Made by a program: the position numbers and the translations under genes. A stretch of DNA of 64,000 bases. It comes from Stegostoma tigrinum. Lineage: Eukaryota. The DNA is taken from the NCBI RefSeq assembly GCF_030684315.1, contig NC_081360.1, forward strand, positions 46,199,424 through 46,263,423. The letters are read 5' to 3'. Shown one piece after another: positions 27,188 to 40,610 of the stretch (within the stretch, counting starts at the first letter, position 1; each line of letters begins with the position of its first letter). The notes beneath the pieces are model-generated. The model was not told the origin of the DNA. It searched no databases and saw nothing but the letters and a program-made list of their open reading frames with translations.

Positions 27188-27330
27188 ACAAAAACAGAAA
27201 TGCTGGAAAACCTAGAAATACTCAGCAGGTCAGACAGCATCCGCGGAGGGAAATCGAGCTAAAGTTTCAGTCGATTTCCAACGTTTTCTGTCTTTTTTTT
27301 CAGATTCGCGACATTCCCAGTGTCCTGCCG
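27188..27330. mobile_element. Degenerate Penelope-like repeat relic with two oppositely oriented arms
   Basis: ACAAAAACAGAAATGCTGGAAA...CTCAGCAGGTCAGACAGCATCCGCGGAG is followed by TTTCTGTCTTTTTTTTCAGATTC. Related to the copies at 38.2 and 60.9 kb. Confidence 0.55.
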
Positions 27331-27778
27331 TTCGTTAAATAAATGCCTGTCCATATTGGTGCCAGTTCCTAATTAATCTTATACGGCACGATAAGCCATG
27401 TTTGATAAATTGATGTCTACATGTACAAGTTTTGCGGCTTGTCTCAAACTAGACGCACTGCAGATTTTGTGTTTAATTTAGGATCTAGCAATTCAGTGTG
27501 AGTCTCCCACCTGTTACGAAAACGTAATGTTCTAAAGTATTGTGTAGGGAAATACTATTTAATTAATATCTGCATTAACATCTGTGTTAACATCTGCGTA
27601 GCTGCATTTATCAAACCTTTATTTGTTATGAGAAACACTATGATTGACGTTGTTAAATTATTTTGTTGAAATATCCACGAATAGTTTAACAATTTCACCT
27701 GTGGCCATTGGCAAAGCTTCCCAAGTTGTGAAATGGATTGAAGAAAATGAAATCTAATTTAGGATTTATTGTTTATAA

Positions 27779-27810
27779 TTATATATATATGTATATATAT
27801 AATATATATA
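27779..27810. repeat. Imperfect (TA)n tract in the HoxD10 3' region
   Basis: TTATATATATATGTATATATATAATATATATA. Confidence 0.75.
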
Positions 27811-28372
27811 CGTGCAACAGACACATGCATATAAATAGACATGAACATTTGCATCACAACTCCATCACAAACTCCAAAAGGATCTAAGAATTTCTTCTAG
27901 AGACCTGATGAGTTTAACACGGTATTTTGCGCGACTACTGTTCAAGAGCAACTTCAGAATAAACAATTCAAATTGTCTGTTTCTGTTACGATTTTTCACG
28001 ATATTGTCACGTCTGATTTGTAATCACTAAATAAATTTCATTTTTCTGTATATCCTAATTTTGTAAAATGTAATGTTCTGACGTACGGCGCACTTTCCCG
28101 AAATTACACGAATAATTGTAACATGACAAATAATTTAAAATCTACTTACTAAACAAAGTAAGTAGTTTGTCCCACGTTAGAGAGAGCAATTTCTCAGAAA
28201 ATATTCTTGTTAAGATAAACGTGCTATTGTACTTTCAAACAACCATAACACTAAAATGGAGAAATCAGCATAGTTGACAATATCCCAGAGTGGAGAAAGA
28301 GAAGGATTGCAGTCTCCAGTTAATCATTACAATATTAAATGTTTGGGATCTCAGTGTAATAGTACTTCACAC

Positions 28373-30591
28373 TCAAGAGAAGGTTAGATTAGTGGTCAGT
28401 TCTCGAATTCGGGTCTCCCGGTTCATTTTCTTCAGCTTCATTCTGCGATTTTGAAACCAGATCTTGACTTGTCTGTCGGTCAGATTCACGCTCTTACTTA
28501 TCTCTAGACGGCGCTCACGAGTCAGATACATATTAAATAAAAACTCTTTCTCTAATTCCAGTGTTTGATATTTTGTATAAGGACATCTCTTCTTCCTTGC
28601 ACTCTTTGCTGTTAGCCAGTTGCTTATTGGAGTTTTGGTCTCTTCTAGCAGAAGGAATAAATAAGAAATAATATTTCAGCGAACGTGTCTCCAACACATT
28701 AATTTAAACAAATCCCAGCCAGGGCGATTGAACAGAATGCTGATACCTTAAGTTATACACAGTGCAGCAAACCTCTACACGTTCTTCACGTGTTGTCAAA
28801 TAGTAAAAACAAATATATATATATAAATAATATAATTTGGTTCAATTTAAAGATCAAATTTCTTACTAATTCAAGGAAATTTTTAAAACTGTTTTGGATA
28901 TTGACAAACAGTATTATATCTCTGGTTTTGTGGCAGGCTTCTTTATCAATTGTTAACTAAATGCCAGAACATTAAAGATGTACGGACAACAGACAATTCA
29001 TCAGATATGGATATATGATTAGTAGGCAATATCATTACTAGTGAATGAAACGTAAAGCTGTAGGTTATTTGCACCGCTAGGATTTTTGCCAATAAGTCAT
29101 TTTCAACTTCATAGCGCAAATTTAATGATTGCAAAACCTTAACAGTACAAACCTACGCGGCCATGACAATTATTCCTAAGGTAAATCTTAGGCTATTAAA
29201 CATACTATCGTTTCCACTTATCGAGCATATTAATTGGAATTTATGATTGTATGTGCTAGCAATATTTCAGGTTCCTAGTATGGAACTTCTATTACTGCTC
29301 ATTGTAACATGTTACATATTAAAAATTAACTATGGCAGGGAAAACGACCATTTAACTGCGACTAGCACTTACCATCGAATATTCCTAAGTCAGCAAATGG
29401 TGCAAGTAGCTTACTTTTCACAATAGAATGAGTAACACTGAGTTTGCGCCGTGCCTCTAAATATAGAAATAGGTGTTCTTAATATTTGTAGTTTACGGTA
29501 GTAGAAGTTTTGGGTTGTATCTTAGAAGTGGATTAGAAGACACATGGCAACTCTAAAATGAAATTATCAATGTTAGGCTGACATCTGTAAATGATTTGTT
29601 GGTCTTTACTACGTCATTAACAATGTAATGATATTACGGAGTACTTTTTTCAACAAGTAATAAAATAAAATTATCCTTTTCTGCGACATTTAGCAGACTT
29701 TGTTTCTCGTTTGCAAATATTGATGATCAGAAATACACATAAAACAGTCAAATATACTGTCCTGATATAGTTATGTATTGCAGTAACAATGTAAGTTTTT
29801 CTATCGGATGTACGATGTTGCCACGTTCAGATTCAATATTTTAAAGGCTCACCTTTAGCCTCGTTATCCGATAGTTCCGAGCTAGATTCGGCTTCCTCAG
29901 CGGGTGCACTGGCCTCCACTGAACTCGGCTTTCGTTCAGGAGTTTCCACATAAATTCCCTTAATGGATTCCTGTGCGTTTGGCTTCTCGTTTATTTTCCC
30001 TTCCATTAGTGTCTGGTTGGATACCTGGAGTTTACTGATAAGCCCTAGGTTTGACTGCGGCATCACATTTGAACGGATCTCCACAGCTTGATTATAATCT
30101 AGGCTTTTCTCCAATGGATAAGCCTGACAGAGTCTGAAATATCCCGGGATAGGGATCTCAGGATTTTCAATCGAACAGTTTTCGGGCACCAATCTGGGAT
30201 AGGTAGGGATTGCGGTCGGGTTGAGTTTTGCGCGTTTATCTGAATTATACATGCAGCAAGTGCTTTCCTCCTTTATGCTAGCAGGGAAGGAGCACGTGGG
30301 CATCTGTGGACTAACAGGTTGTTCAATTCGGCATGGCCTGGAAGGGTCAGGCCAGCCATCTACCTGAGATATATACGGATGAACGCTGATGCTCATATTT
30401 TGATGGCTAACCTCTCCTCGTTTAGTCATGGTCGGGAGCAGTCCACAGGTCTGCATTCCGTAAGTTCCCATATCCGTGCTCGATGGCATGTACATAGAAG
30501 TACTTGAATAGAAACCGTCACCCCGACAAGCACTGAGCAGGGAATCTACTAAAAACGAGTTCGTAGCGGGAGAGCTGTTGGGGCAGGACAT
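28373..30591 (-). CDS. hoxd10: Homeobox protein HoxD10 (exon 1 30591-29853, exon 2 28644-28373; 336 aa)
   Basis: HoxD10-type N-terminus [18 protein letters not shown], plus [13 protein letters not shown] and [12 protein letters not shown]. Donor AAAG|GTGAG, acceptor CTGCTAG|AA. Continues [76 protein letters not shown]. Stop TGA at 28375-28373. Confidence 0.96.
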
Positions 30592-30684
30592 TTTGGAGAG
30601 TAATTTGAAGGAGGCAGATGATGTCCTTTGTAAGCTGACATCTCTAACAAAACATTCCCCGTGTAATTGTGGATGCCTCTGTAG

Positions 30685-30730
30685 AACCACATGACTACTG
30701 GGCCAATGGAATTTGAAAATGGCCATGAAG
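30685..30730 (-). promoter_or_regulatory. HoxD10 proximal promoter module (CACATG, CCAAT, YY1-like AAAATGGC)
   Basis: Plus strand AACCACATGACTACTGGGCCAATGGAATTTGAAAATGGCCATG, about 100-140 nt upstream of the ATG. Confidence 0.55.
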
Positions 30731-31449
30731 CACTACCCTCCCCCGTACATCACATGATCCACAATCGTTTGTATTTGAGCTTAACTGTGGACAACAGCGA
30801 CACCTACAACAGCATTTCAAAAGCGGCGCCCACTGCAGCTCATTTAATTCCCACACCGACCAGCACTCAAACGCCTCATCAAAGCCATTCCTCATTCAAT
30901 GTTATCCAAAATAGCAGTGATGATCACTCCGCTAAAATCCAATCAATTTGTTATTGATGAACAAAACAAAATTGAAGAAGAAAAATATCGCTGTAATTTC
31001 TGGCCTTTGGAAATTAAAATATAGTTTTTAGTTGAAAATATCAACGAAATGAAAAGTGTACAGAGCAGGTTTATGATCTGATTGCCTTTATAGTTTCAGC
31101 GACGCTGGCGCTGCAATTGCATGCACAGCACATAATACGGCTATTAGATGTTTAACCTGTCAGACAGTCCACCTTGCTCTGACGTGAACCAAACATTTGG
31201 TTAAATCAATGTAAGATTTTTTTGCATTTTTATCTGCATTCACTGGCTCAACGCTTTCCCTTGTACAGTACTTAACAGTAAACATAAGAAGTAGTTCAAT
31301 GTATAATAAGGCTAATGTTAGTTTGGAAAATTGACCATGGCTATAATATTCTACATCTGAATTTCCAAAAAAAACCCTTCCGCCCTCTGTACTTTCAATT
31401 AATATAGTTAGCATGCAGGTTTTCAGATGGTGACACCAAACACTTCTAC

Positions 31450-31545
31450 AAAATAACACAATGTGACGCTGGATGAACACAGCGGGTCAAGCAGCATCTG
31501 AGGAGCAGGAAAGCTTGACGTTTCGGGTCGGGACCCTTCTTCAGT
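31450..31545 (-). mobile_element. Short Penelope-like repeat with an intact minimal hammerhead core (31544-31517)
   Basis: Minus strand CTGAAGA-A-GGGT-CCCG-ACCC-GAAACGTC. Same family as the 7.6 and 63.9 kb copies. Confidence 0.75.
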
Positions 31546-34500
31546 AATGCAACTGCATTTGAATATTTGCACAGACACCTTCCAACACCGTGGCTGAGCA
31601 AAAGGCGATTTCCGATTCTTGCCATTAATTTGGAGGAGTTAATTTAGTCAGTGTTTTGGCGTTTAGATTCAACTAGCTTATCCTAAAACAAAACTTAACT
31701 TTCAAATTCTCTCACTTTTTTTGGAGCTGTTGATAACTGGACTGGACATGTTCCCACAATCGGCGATCAAAACATCGCCAAAAACAACTGAAAGGCACGC
31801 ACCATATTTGCTCCGCGGCGCCAGCAGTGATACTGCTTGTTGTTTTCCGGATTCGCTCCTTTGATGGAGTTGCAGAGCTGGGTCAATGCAGCTTGCAGCT
31901 ATTTTTTCCGAACTTTCCAATCGGAAAAAATTTGCCGTTTAACAGCACATGCCTACTTCCGGTCACTGGGAGAATCATTTGGAGTTCAAGAAAAACGGAA
32001 ACCAAAATGGACATCAGCTATTGAGCAGCTATGTGAATTCCACACAAGGCCGATGAGATTTTCTTCTCAACAAGACGAACAGGAAAGGGGACAGTGTCAG
32101 GGTCAAGGCTGTCACGGTTCCTCTCTTTATTTCTTTTGCGATATAAATGTAACGTTTGAGAATGTTATTGGTTTTGCGAGCGTTAGACTAAATCAAACTT
32201 CAAAAATTCTACCGATATTCAAAATGAACAAAATCTTAGAAGTCGTATGAATACGTGAGGGACTTGTAAGTCACATTGAAGAGTACATATACCATTTCCG
32301 TACATCATTTGCGGCTGTTCATTTATCCAACATTAGTTTCGATTTGATCGATTTTGCAGTCCAAATCCGTTAACATTCTGGCGCCTGTGCATGTAAATTT
32401 TAGATTCGGTTGAAGCGAACACCGATTATAAGTCATAACTTCATATACCATGCCGAGATGTTTTGTCGCACATGCAAAACATTGAGACCACAAATAGTTC
32501 TAGGCATACATAATTATCTGGAGCATATTCATCCCAAATAGATCACAATCCGGTTACTAACACCTAAACTTGTGTGAGCAAAAGTTAACCAAGTTGGCGT
32601 TGAATGTTCTTCAACTGTATGTTTTCCATGTGAAATCACTCAGCAGAACCGTAAGAATGACCTGAGATATTAGTGATAAGATAGCATAGGCAATGTATCC
32701 ATTTGGGACGATGATACATCAATGAGAATGTTTATATTAGTTTATTCAACGTTTGAATTAAAAATGGGGGATGGTATTGTTTGAAGTAAATCTAACCCTT
32801 CAGGCAAGGCCAGGAGTAGTAGGGTGAAGGAAAACCATTTGTTGTTTTGGGCCTTTTGGAATCATTTTGTAATGTAAGTGAACATATGTAAACTGAAAAT
32901 AAAACAACCAGACTGGTACACTTCTTGCATTATTTAGATCCTCATTAAATACCATTAACAGAAAACCATAACGCCTGGTCAGTGCAAACGTGAATACAGT
33001 TTACCTCCTAGTAAAATAACAATTGTCTGCTATTGTTTTATTATTTATAACGGGTACTAGTCATTAGAGATGTGTAGCTTGACTATATCTGGAGTAATAT
33101 GATGCTTCAACAACTGCTGTGAGCAATAGGATAAGCTCGATGATTTGTTGAAAAAAATACAAAGAATTTTTGAAAGAGAGCCAACAGTGTGCATTTATTA
33201 CAAAACACCACCTCATAATATAAGTAAGACTCAAATTCATGGCGAACTAAGTCAAACCAATTGTGGTTTTGTAAGCGATGAAAAGCAAAATGTCTAGGGG
33301 TAGTGAATTTGGAAGTAAGAAAGACAAGACCCGATGCAGACAACACATACTTCTTGCAGCCTTGAAAGAGAGAATTCTCGGAGCCTTGAGGCCTACACAG
33401 TACAGAACTGGTATTTATATCCAAATTATTATCTCAAAACAATATAACATCCAAGAGATAGCGTTGTTTTTGAATGGGCAGCGTACAGCTCAAAGTATTT
33501 TCACTAGTAAATCTCTTTTTCATTTATTACATAGTCTTCAGTTCAGTATTAGTGACTTGTGCAGACCATTTATTCGTACTTTACAATTGCCGTCAGATTA
33601 AATTGGCTATGTTGAAGGCCACATTAGTTAGTAATATTACTTTGGGAGTCTTTGCCGCAATACATTTGTATTTTTTAGTCGATTTATCAAATATGTGGAA
33701 AAATTGCTAAATTTGGAAAGCCACTTTAATATTTTCGTCTACATTTACACTTATTTATTCACGACAGTCCGTTGCTGGTTGCATCAATATGCTTATATAA
33801 AGCAAAAGCAATTATTGCTGATTATCATGAAACAAGCCTTACTGTTAGTCTACGGCAATTGCCTGGATTGCGTGTTGAGTAAACAAAATAATTTAATTGT
33901 ATCAAGCGGTCCTCTATGATATAGTATAATTGTTCATTTCAATGTGCTCAAATAAAACCTGTATCATAAGGCCCCTAGAATGACAAAAAAACTCATAAAA
34001 TATTACGACTGCAGACACACAGGAATTAACGGCTATGAAATCTTTGAACTATAAAGTTTCCTGGTATGCAGGGGAAAGGATTACAATATCAAATACAGTT
34101 ATCATGAGAGTACACTCAACTCATGTGGAGCCGGGTTTTAATAAAGGAAAGGTTATATTGATAGGAACTAAAAAGTAAATTGACTGATTAGTCTCAGAAC
34201 GATACTTCAATGTTTAATAACGTAGTTATAAGCTGTTTATGGGAGAAATGTTACACACAATTCTCCCTAAATTGGGTCTAATGATGGAGCTTAATTAAAA
34301 CCTCGTAATGCATTAAAGCACCAGTGTGGAATGTGATTTGCTGGAAGGATTGTATACAGGGCAAGCTTTTGAATGTTAGTTTTAACCAGGAACATGAAGG
34401 CTGCATTATTTGCACCGATTGCAACATTACACAAAGCAATGGTTCCCTTCTCTACAGACACATGTCAACAACAACTTTATTGTCAAAATAATGGAAAGAG

Positions 34501-36776
34501 CAATCAAGTTCGAAAACAATTGTTGTGCAATTTTAAAATCTTTGTAATGAAAGTGTTTCGATGGAATGATTTGTTTCTATGTTTGCCTTGTAGTGTTAAC
34601 TAAGCTGCTGGCCCTGTGCTTTGATGGAGGCTCACATTTCTCCTTTCAGACTTCTCTCTAGCGTAAGCTGGTATGGTATTCTCACCATGAAACCGCCAGC
34701 CAGTTGTACCTTCACTTTCACCTTGAATCTTTTGACCGTTTTGCCACACTCAGAACTCAAATTGAAAGGTTATTAACTTGAAGCGTCTGTTACTAGTTTC
34801 AGCCTGAACTTTTGATAATAGTTTATCAGATAAATATAATAAAGATTGAAAGAAACTATACCCTTTGGCCGAAATACTACATAAGCATCCAGTTAAAATC
34901 CGCGCAGAAGCTTCCGTCGACCTACATTGGTTTGTCACCACAATTGTGTTAAGAAAATTTTGCATGTTACTATAATGTTACCTGTAGATACTTCGGAAAT
35001 ATTTTGGGTTGCTGGGCGCTTTTCGTTAAATTGTGAGTGAAAGCTAAATTGCATTGAATACGATTGCCGCGTAAATTACGTCCGACTACAAATTGCGAGC
35101 TACTAACAACTGAGTGCCACATATTAAAATCAATTCACTCCTTGTCACATTAAATAAGCTATTGCGTATGTGCTATCAGTAACGACCATGTGGATCAAGA
35201 AACATTTGAACGTCTAGGAATATTAGTATGCTTATGCTTTAAATCCAATGCGTTTGTGTATTCAGTCAACAGTTTATCTGAATAATATTAACATAATGAC
35301 ACCATCTTGTTAAATAACTGGACAGGAAAATATTTTCCTCTCAAAGCACCTTTTAGTCATTAAAAGTACGTTAATTATATAAGTGCAAAACAAAGTTTCC
35401 TCATACAATTTGGATAAAATACACGGAACTAACGAGAATATAGTGGCCAATCGATAACAGGCCTGCCTTTCCACAATCAGGTAATTACCTTCTTCTGAAA
35501 CCTCCTTTTGGGAAAATAGGAAATTTAAAGCAAAATGACCTATTGAATACGCAAGCATAAATGGCGTTGAAATGGGAATTAGTGACTATCGTGAGTACTG
35601 CGATCAATCACTTCTTACTATTTTGAAAGACGTTGTGTACATGCGTTCAGTCTGTTTTACAAGACTTTGCGGATTATTTCCTGTCGTACAGTAGAATATT
35701 GCGAAACGCTAAAGCGGTTTATCATGAAAGAGGAATGAATATTCTGTTGATTCGGGATTGTGAATGTGAAACAAACGGAGAGTAGATTGGGAAATTATGC
35801 TGAGCTTTTGATTCCACTTAAATGGCTTAGAGAAAATCGCCGCCAGATTTTCTTGTTATCAACGTTGAAAAATGCTGTCAATATTGATGTTGTCCTTGCA
35901 CTAAACACTCCTTAAACGCTCGATTTTTCAGTTCTACAAAAGAAGGTAGCAATTTAACAGATAGCAAACATGTTAACAGCGTTCCTTTGATATTTTGAGA
36001 ATAACGAATTCAATGGTTAAACATAAGTCTTCACCGAGGTGAAATGTATTGCCTGAAATGTTACTTCAATATCCAACATTATTCATTTCAAAACCGTACT
36101 AAAGCTATCTGGATTATACAGACGTTACAAGGAGGAATGCAGTACTGAGAAGGAGCTGATTCAAATGGTGTGCTGCCATTTAAACCGAACACATCATCAG
36201 GAAGTAAACGTAAGCATTTAGTATTTTGCGAAATATTGGCTGTTTGATTTTTTTTACATGGCTTCGCCTAATTTCCCAATCAAATGGTATTGTATCCTCT
36301 CCGTTTTTTTTCTGCATTCACAATAATAGTTTCTTTTAGAGAGAATAATACATCAGCTCGGATTTGTTCCTTATGTTGCATGTTCCTGTTTTTCTTCGGC
36401 GCCATTACTTTGTAACTTTGTGCTTTCTAATCTCAACAAAATCCCATCAACAACCTTCAGCGAATACACCGAGTGAAAACTAATAAATCTTTCTATATAA
36501 TGTTATTGGCAAATTAGTTTTATTTTTTTCCGGACTCATTACGGTGAAAAAAGTTAGGCCTTAATCTTTGAAGCCAACAGTAAAATAATTAAACTTACGA
36601 CTGCAGTGAATTGACTTACATTTAATGCCATACTTCGACACGATGTTCCAGATATACGACAAAAGCAAGGAGAACTTAATTACTTGGAATACTGACATTA
36701 TTTGAGATAATTTCCTATTCATCCCGAAAGCTGTTTTCAAGGTATTGGTGGCCTGGTTTGAACCGTCGAGTTACAG

Positions 36777-36794
36777 CGCGCCGCCATGTGGCTA
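36777..36794 (-). promoter_or_regulatory. Candidate CTCF site (HoxD10|HoxD11 interval)
   Basis: Minus strand TAGCCACATGGCGGCGCG, a GC-rich patch within AT-rich DNA. Confidence 0.5.
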
Positions 36795-38193
36795 TTTGCA
36801 GAAATAACCACGCTGGCAACCATTGTAAACTACTAGCTTTGCTGTTTTGACATCATTTTTTAAAGAGCCTAATTAAATTATATATGTTATGGCAATTAAG
36901 TGATATTCAGACTGTAAAATCATGGTTAGATATGTATAGTGCCTTATATTGACGCAGAGAAAGTTGAAAGACCGTGCTTGCTTCGGAAATTCTATTGAAA
37001 CGTAAATTATATTTCCTCATATTTCCATGGAAGCCGAAACATTCGTGACCGATTGGTATTGTGTATGGACATACGATGAAGATTTTTGACCAGTTCAGCT
37101 TGCATGAGAATAGCTTATACGGAAAGATGCTGCTCCCAACAGCCAAGCATGGGAGAACAAAGGAACCTTCGTATTTAATAACGTTGCACTAAAGACCAAA
37201 GTGTATATTATTGAATGTAACTTTTCGCAAACTCAACTACTCATCTACATAGGGAAGGCTGATTTTTCATATTGGTCCTTCTATAGGCTTCAGCATGCGC
37301 ACTTTAGTAACACATTGTAGTAATGTTGAAGTAACATGTTGAAGCTTTTGTCTCTAGGAGGGAAGCTGTAAGAACAACCCAACAGCCACCAGGCGCCTCT
37401 GTCTTCCAAAAGGTTAAAGGTGACGACCTTGACATTATAGAAGTTCAAAGGCAACATTGTACGAATTCTCTGTTCGAAACATACTTTAGCATACTCATGA
37501 GCAGATGTTACTTTTTTCAGTTTCATTTGAATCCGCATTAAGTCCAAGCAATGTGTTTGACGCAACTTATCTGAGATCCGGTTTCTTGGAAAAAACTTTC
37601 TTTCAAATGGTGGACGTTATAAATGTAATTGTTTTTTATGTTTTCCTTCGTTTTAAAATTTATTTTCATTGATTTCTTTCTGTTCTTTTGTTTGCGATAT
37701 AGTGCAGGACCTTTCCTTAGTGAGTAGAAGGTGTAATAAGTCGCCATTAAGCTGGTAAGAGCGGTCAACTTTACGATGTTGTCTAGACAGTTCAAGGTTT
37801 TGTAAACAGCAATGCTATGTCATGCGACACGAAAACGTGGCAATTCGTTTTCGAAATAAAATGGAAACGTTTTGAGAAGTCTCGCGCACTTCTTTGTCAC
37901 TGAGACATTGAAATTAGTTTGAAGTTATCATATGCTGTTTATAAATTTAAATGAACCTCAAATTCAGATTTCAGATTCTTTTAAAAAATGCGCTGCAATT
38001 GACTTTTTGTACACGAAAATGAAACTTGCTATTCCATCCCAGACTAAAACACCCCTAATCTAACAACGGATACAAAAATTGTAATTAATTATCATAATCA
38101 CAGGAAAAACACTAAGTAAAAGTTCTGCTTTCTGTTTTAAGCATAAACATTCGCCGAAAACCGCAATGTTTAAGCTGGGCATTAAGTTGCAAA

Positions 38194-38285
38194 ATAAATA
38201 CCCAAAAATGTTGGAAAGGCCCAGCATTTCAGGCACCATCTGATATATTTCAGATTTCTAACATTCGCATTACTTTGGCATTTGC
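38194..38285. mobile_element. Degenerate two-arm Penelope-like relic with a probable 15-bp TSD
   Basis: AAATGTTGGAAAGGCCCAGCATTTCAGGCACCATCTG followed by TTCAGATTTCTAACATTCGCATTACTTTG. Flanked by GCATTAAGTTGCAAA (38179-38193) and GCATTAAATTGCAAA (38286-38300). Confidence 0.6.
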
Positions 38286-39070
38286 GCATTAAATTGCAAA
38301 GTGTATACTGCATTTCAGAGATGAATAATATTTGCTTCTTGTGGGACAATTTGAGGTCCCCAGTTAAGATCGTTTAGTACAGTCTAGCCACTTATTCATT
38401 AAAAAAATTTATTGATAAGTTTTTTTTAAAATAAGGTTTTTATTGACGTGAGACAAAAAGACATTTTAACACATGCAGTTACCATGAAATGTCAAATAGT
38501 TTGCAACCTTAAAACAAAATTATTAGCATTACAACAGCGTTAGACATTTCTAGCTACAGTAATGTTTAATCATTTAATGAAATACAACGGAATAAGTAAA
38601 ATAATAAATAGAAATATGTTTTGAATGGGGATAAACACAGCTTGAACAAGTATGGTTAGTCTGGCTGCACAATGACTATAACAGAAATAAAAAAAACTAT
38701 TTTATCTGATTGACCTATCGCTTTGAACGAAAGTTTGCTCCATTTCAGCCCTTTACTACTCCTGTTTATTGTTCAAAATAAAGGCTTTTATTCGACCTGT
38801 TTATTCTGCAGAATCGAAATTCTTCCGTTGGAACTAAATAACAGAAATGCTGAGGTAAAAATGTTCTCTGATAAACATTACGGTCATGGTTCCTGCACAA
38901 CCGTAGCACCTTAGATCCGATTTTACATCGATCGTAGCAAGGACAGTTTTCTCTCCGCATAACAACAAAACTATCCTGTCATCCTTACAGTCACTCCTTC
39001 TGTAAATAAATATTGACTAAGGCAAAGGCGATTTGCTGGAAGATCATCCACTGCGCAAAATGTATCACAG

Positions 39071-40432
39071 TCACAATAAAGGATTAGCAGTAAAAAAATG
39101 CAGCCGGTCTCTGCTGAGTTTCTTTTCTTTCATTCTTCGATTCTGAAACCAGATTTTGACTTGTCGATCGGTGAGATTTAACATTCTAGACAACTGCAAG
39201 CGTTTTTCTTTGTTTATGTAAACGTTGAAGAAAAACTCTCGTTCAAGTTCCCGGATTTGATATTTGGTGTAAGGGCATCTCTTCTTTCTGCATCGCAGGG
39301 GTCCTGATGGAAGTAGGTTTTAAAAATAACGTTACAAACGACCATGCCCAACAAATTTGCTCTTAAACTCTCTGTACTTAAATTCGACACCCATCTATCA
39401 ATTACGTCCTGATTTCAGTATGTATTGTTTGATAAAGTTTTGTTTTGGAAACGAATACGTTTAATTACATTTTCTTTTCCTGAAATTTGAATTGAAAGCG
39501 GCAATAGCAGGAGACACATAATCACAATACTCCTTGTTGGCACGAAAGAAATAAACTAGCAATCAATAGAAACAAGAAAGAAATCCTTTCGTCAAATCGC
39601 AATGATATTACCGAAATCGTTCTATAATGGTAAAATGGACTATTAGTGATTTTTCATATTCACGAAGCCCACCTAAACCGATTTCCCGTCGTAAACAATC
39701 TTTACAACTTTAAAGCAGATCTTATAGGGTATATAAAAGCCTTCGTCTGCTTATAAAATTTCACATAAAATCTGTGAAACAAAATGTGTTGGCCTTGTAT
39801 TCTAACCCTGCGTTCATTCTGAACCTACCAGATAGGCTGCTTTTCTCGGCTCCGATGTTGCTGGAGGACTCGACGGTGTTTTTTTCGGTTGTACTTTCTT
39901 TCTCCTGTGCCGAAGAAAATTTATCAGATGCTGTGATAGTCTTGCGCTTCGATCCAGACTTTTCGGTTAACTGTTCATAGCTCAAGCAGTCAGAAATGCC
40001 ATAAGCTGTCTCAAAAAACTGATCAAAACCTTGAGGAAGTATTCCATTCCTTCCCACTGCCGTATAGAAATTACAAGATGGGTTTGAGCTTCCACGCTGG
40101 CTGTATACAGGATCGTTTTTAAACAGCATTCCCGTCCTGGTCGGTGGTTGGATATAGTCCCTATGCATTATTTCTTCTGCAGAACAGTAAGGGGCATAAT
40201 TACTCCTATAATGCCACTTAGTGGAGTGTTCTAACCCGTAATCTCTGAACGACACCTCTCGGACAGGTTGAACCTGGGTTAAATTAGAGGAGTAAGGAAA
40301 TGTCATTTGGCAAGAAGTGCTCTGCGGTAAAAACGTTGATACTGACGAGAAATCTGGGGCTGAAACATAGTACGTGCAGCTGGGCAAATACATACTCGAG
40401 GCGCAGCTACTACGGTCTTCAAACTCTGTCAT
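39071..40432 (-). CDS. hoxd11: Homeobox protein HoxD11 (exon 1 40432-39829, exon 2 39303-39071; 278 aa)
   Basis: [44 protein letters not shown] and [16 protein letters not shown]. Donor TCTG|GTAGG, acceptor CCATCAG|GA. Homeodomain [58 protein letters not shown]. Stop TGA at 39073-39071. Confidence 0.96.
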
Positions 40433-40549
40433 ATTTTGTTTTCTGAGTTGCGAGGACGAATGATCAGGATCGATGATGTTAAACATGCTCCATGTATTCT
40501 CCTCTAAAAACCGACGAACAGGGTCCGCGAAAGAAAAAAATTGGAAACG

Positions 40550-40610
40550 CGAGCTGACGTGCAATTCATCCTGATTGATTCCAAGGGTAAACGAGTCATG
40601 TGATCCAATG
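40550..40610 (-). promoter_or_regulatory. HoxD11 proximal promoter module
   Basis: Plus strand GCTGACGTGCAATTCATCCTGATTGATTCC...GTCATGTGATCCAATG contains a CRE-like site, TGATTGAT, an E-box and CCAAT. Confidence 0.55.

Noticed and set aside
23700-28300. miR-196 gene between Hox9 and Hox10 (present at this position in other clusters)
   Set aside because: I found no CCCAACAACATGAAACTACCTA-like sequence or hairpin. The partial resemblance near 25400-25445 is unconvincing.
31702-32250. Overlapping 65-137 aa ORFs upstream of HoxD10, and the other short intergenic ORFs in the track
   Set aside because: They have no recognisable domains or splice structure, and their lengths are as expected by chance.
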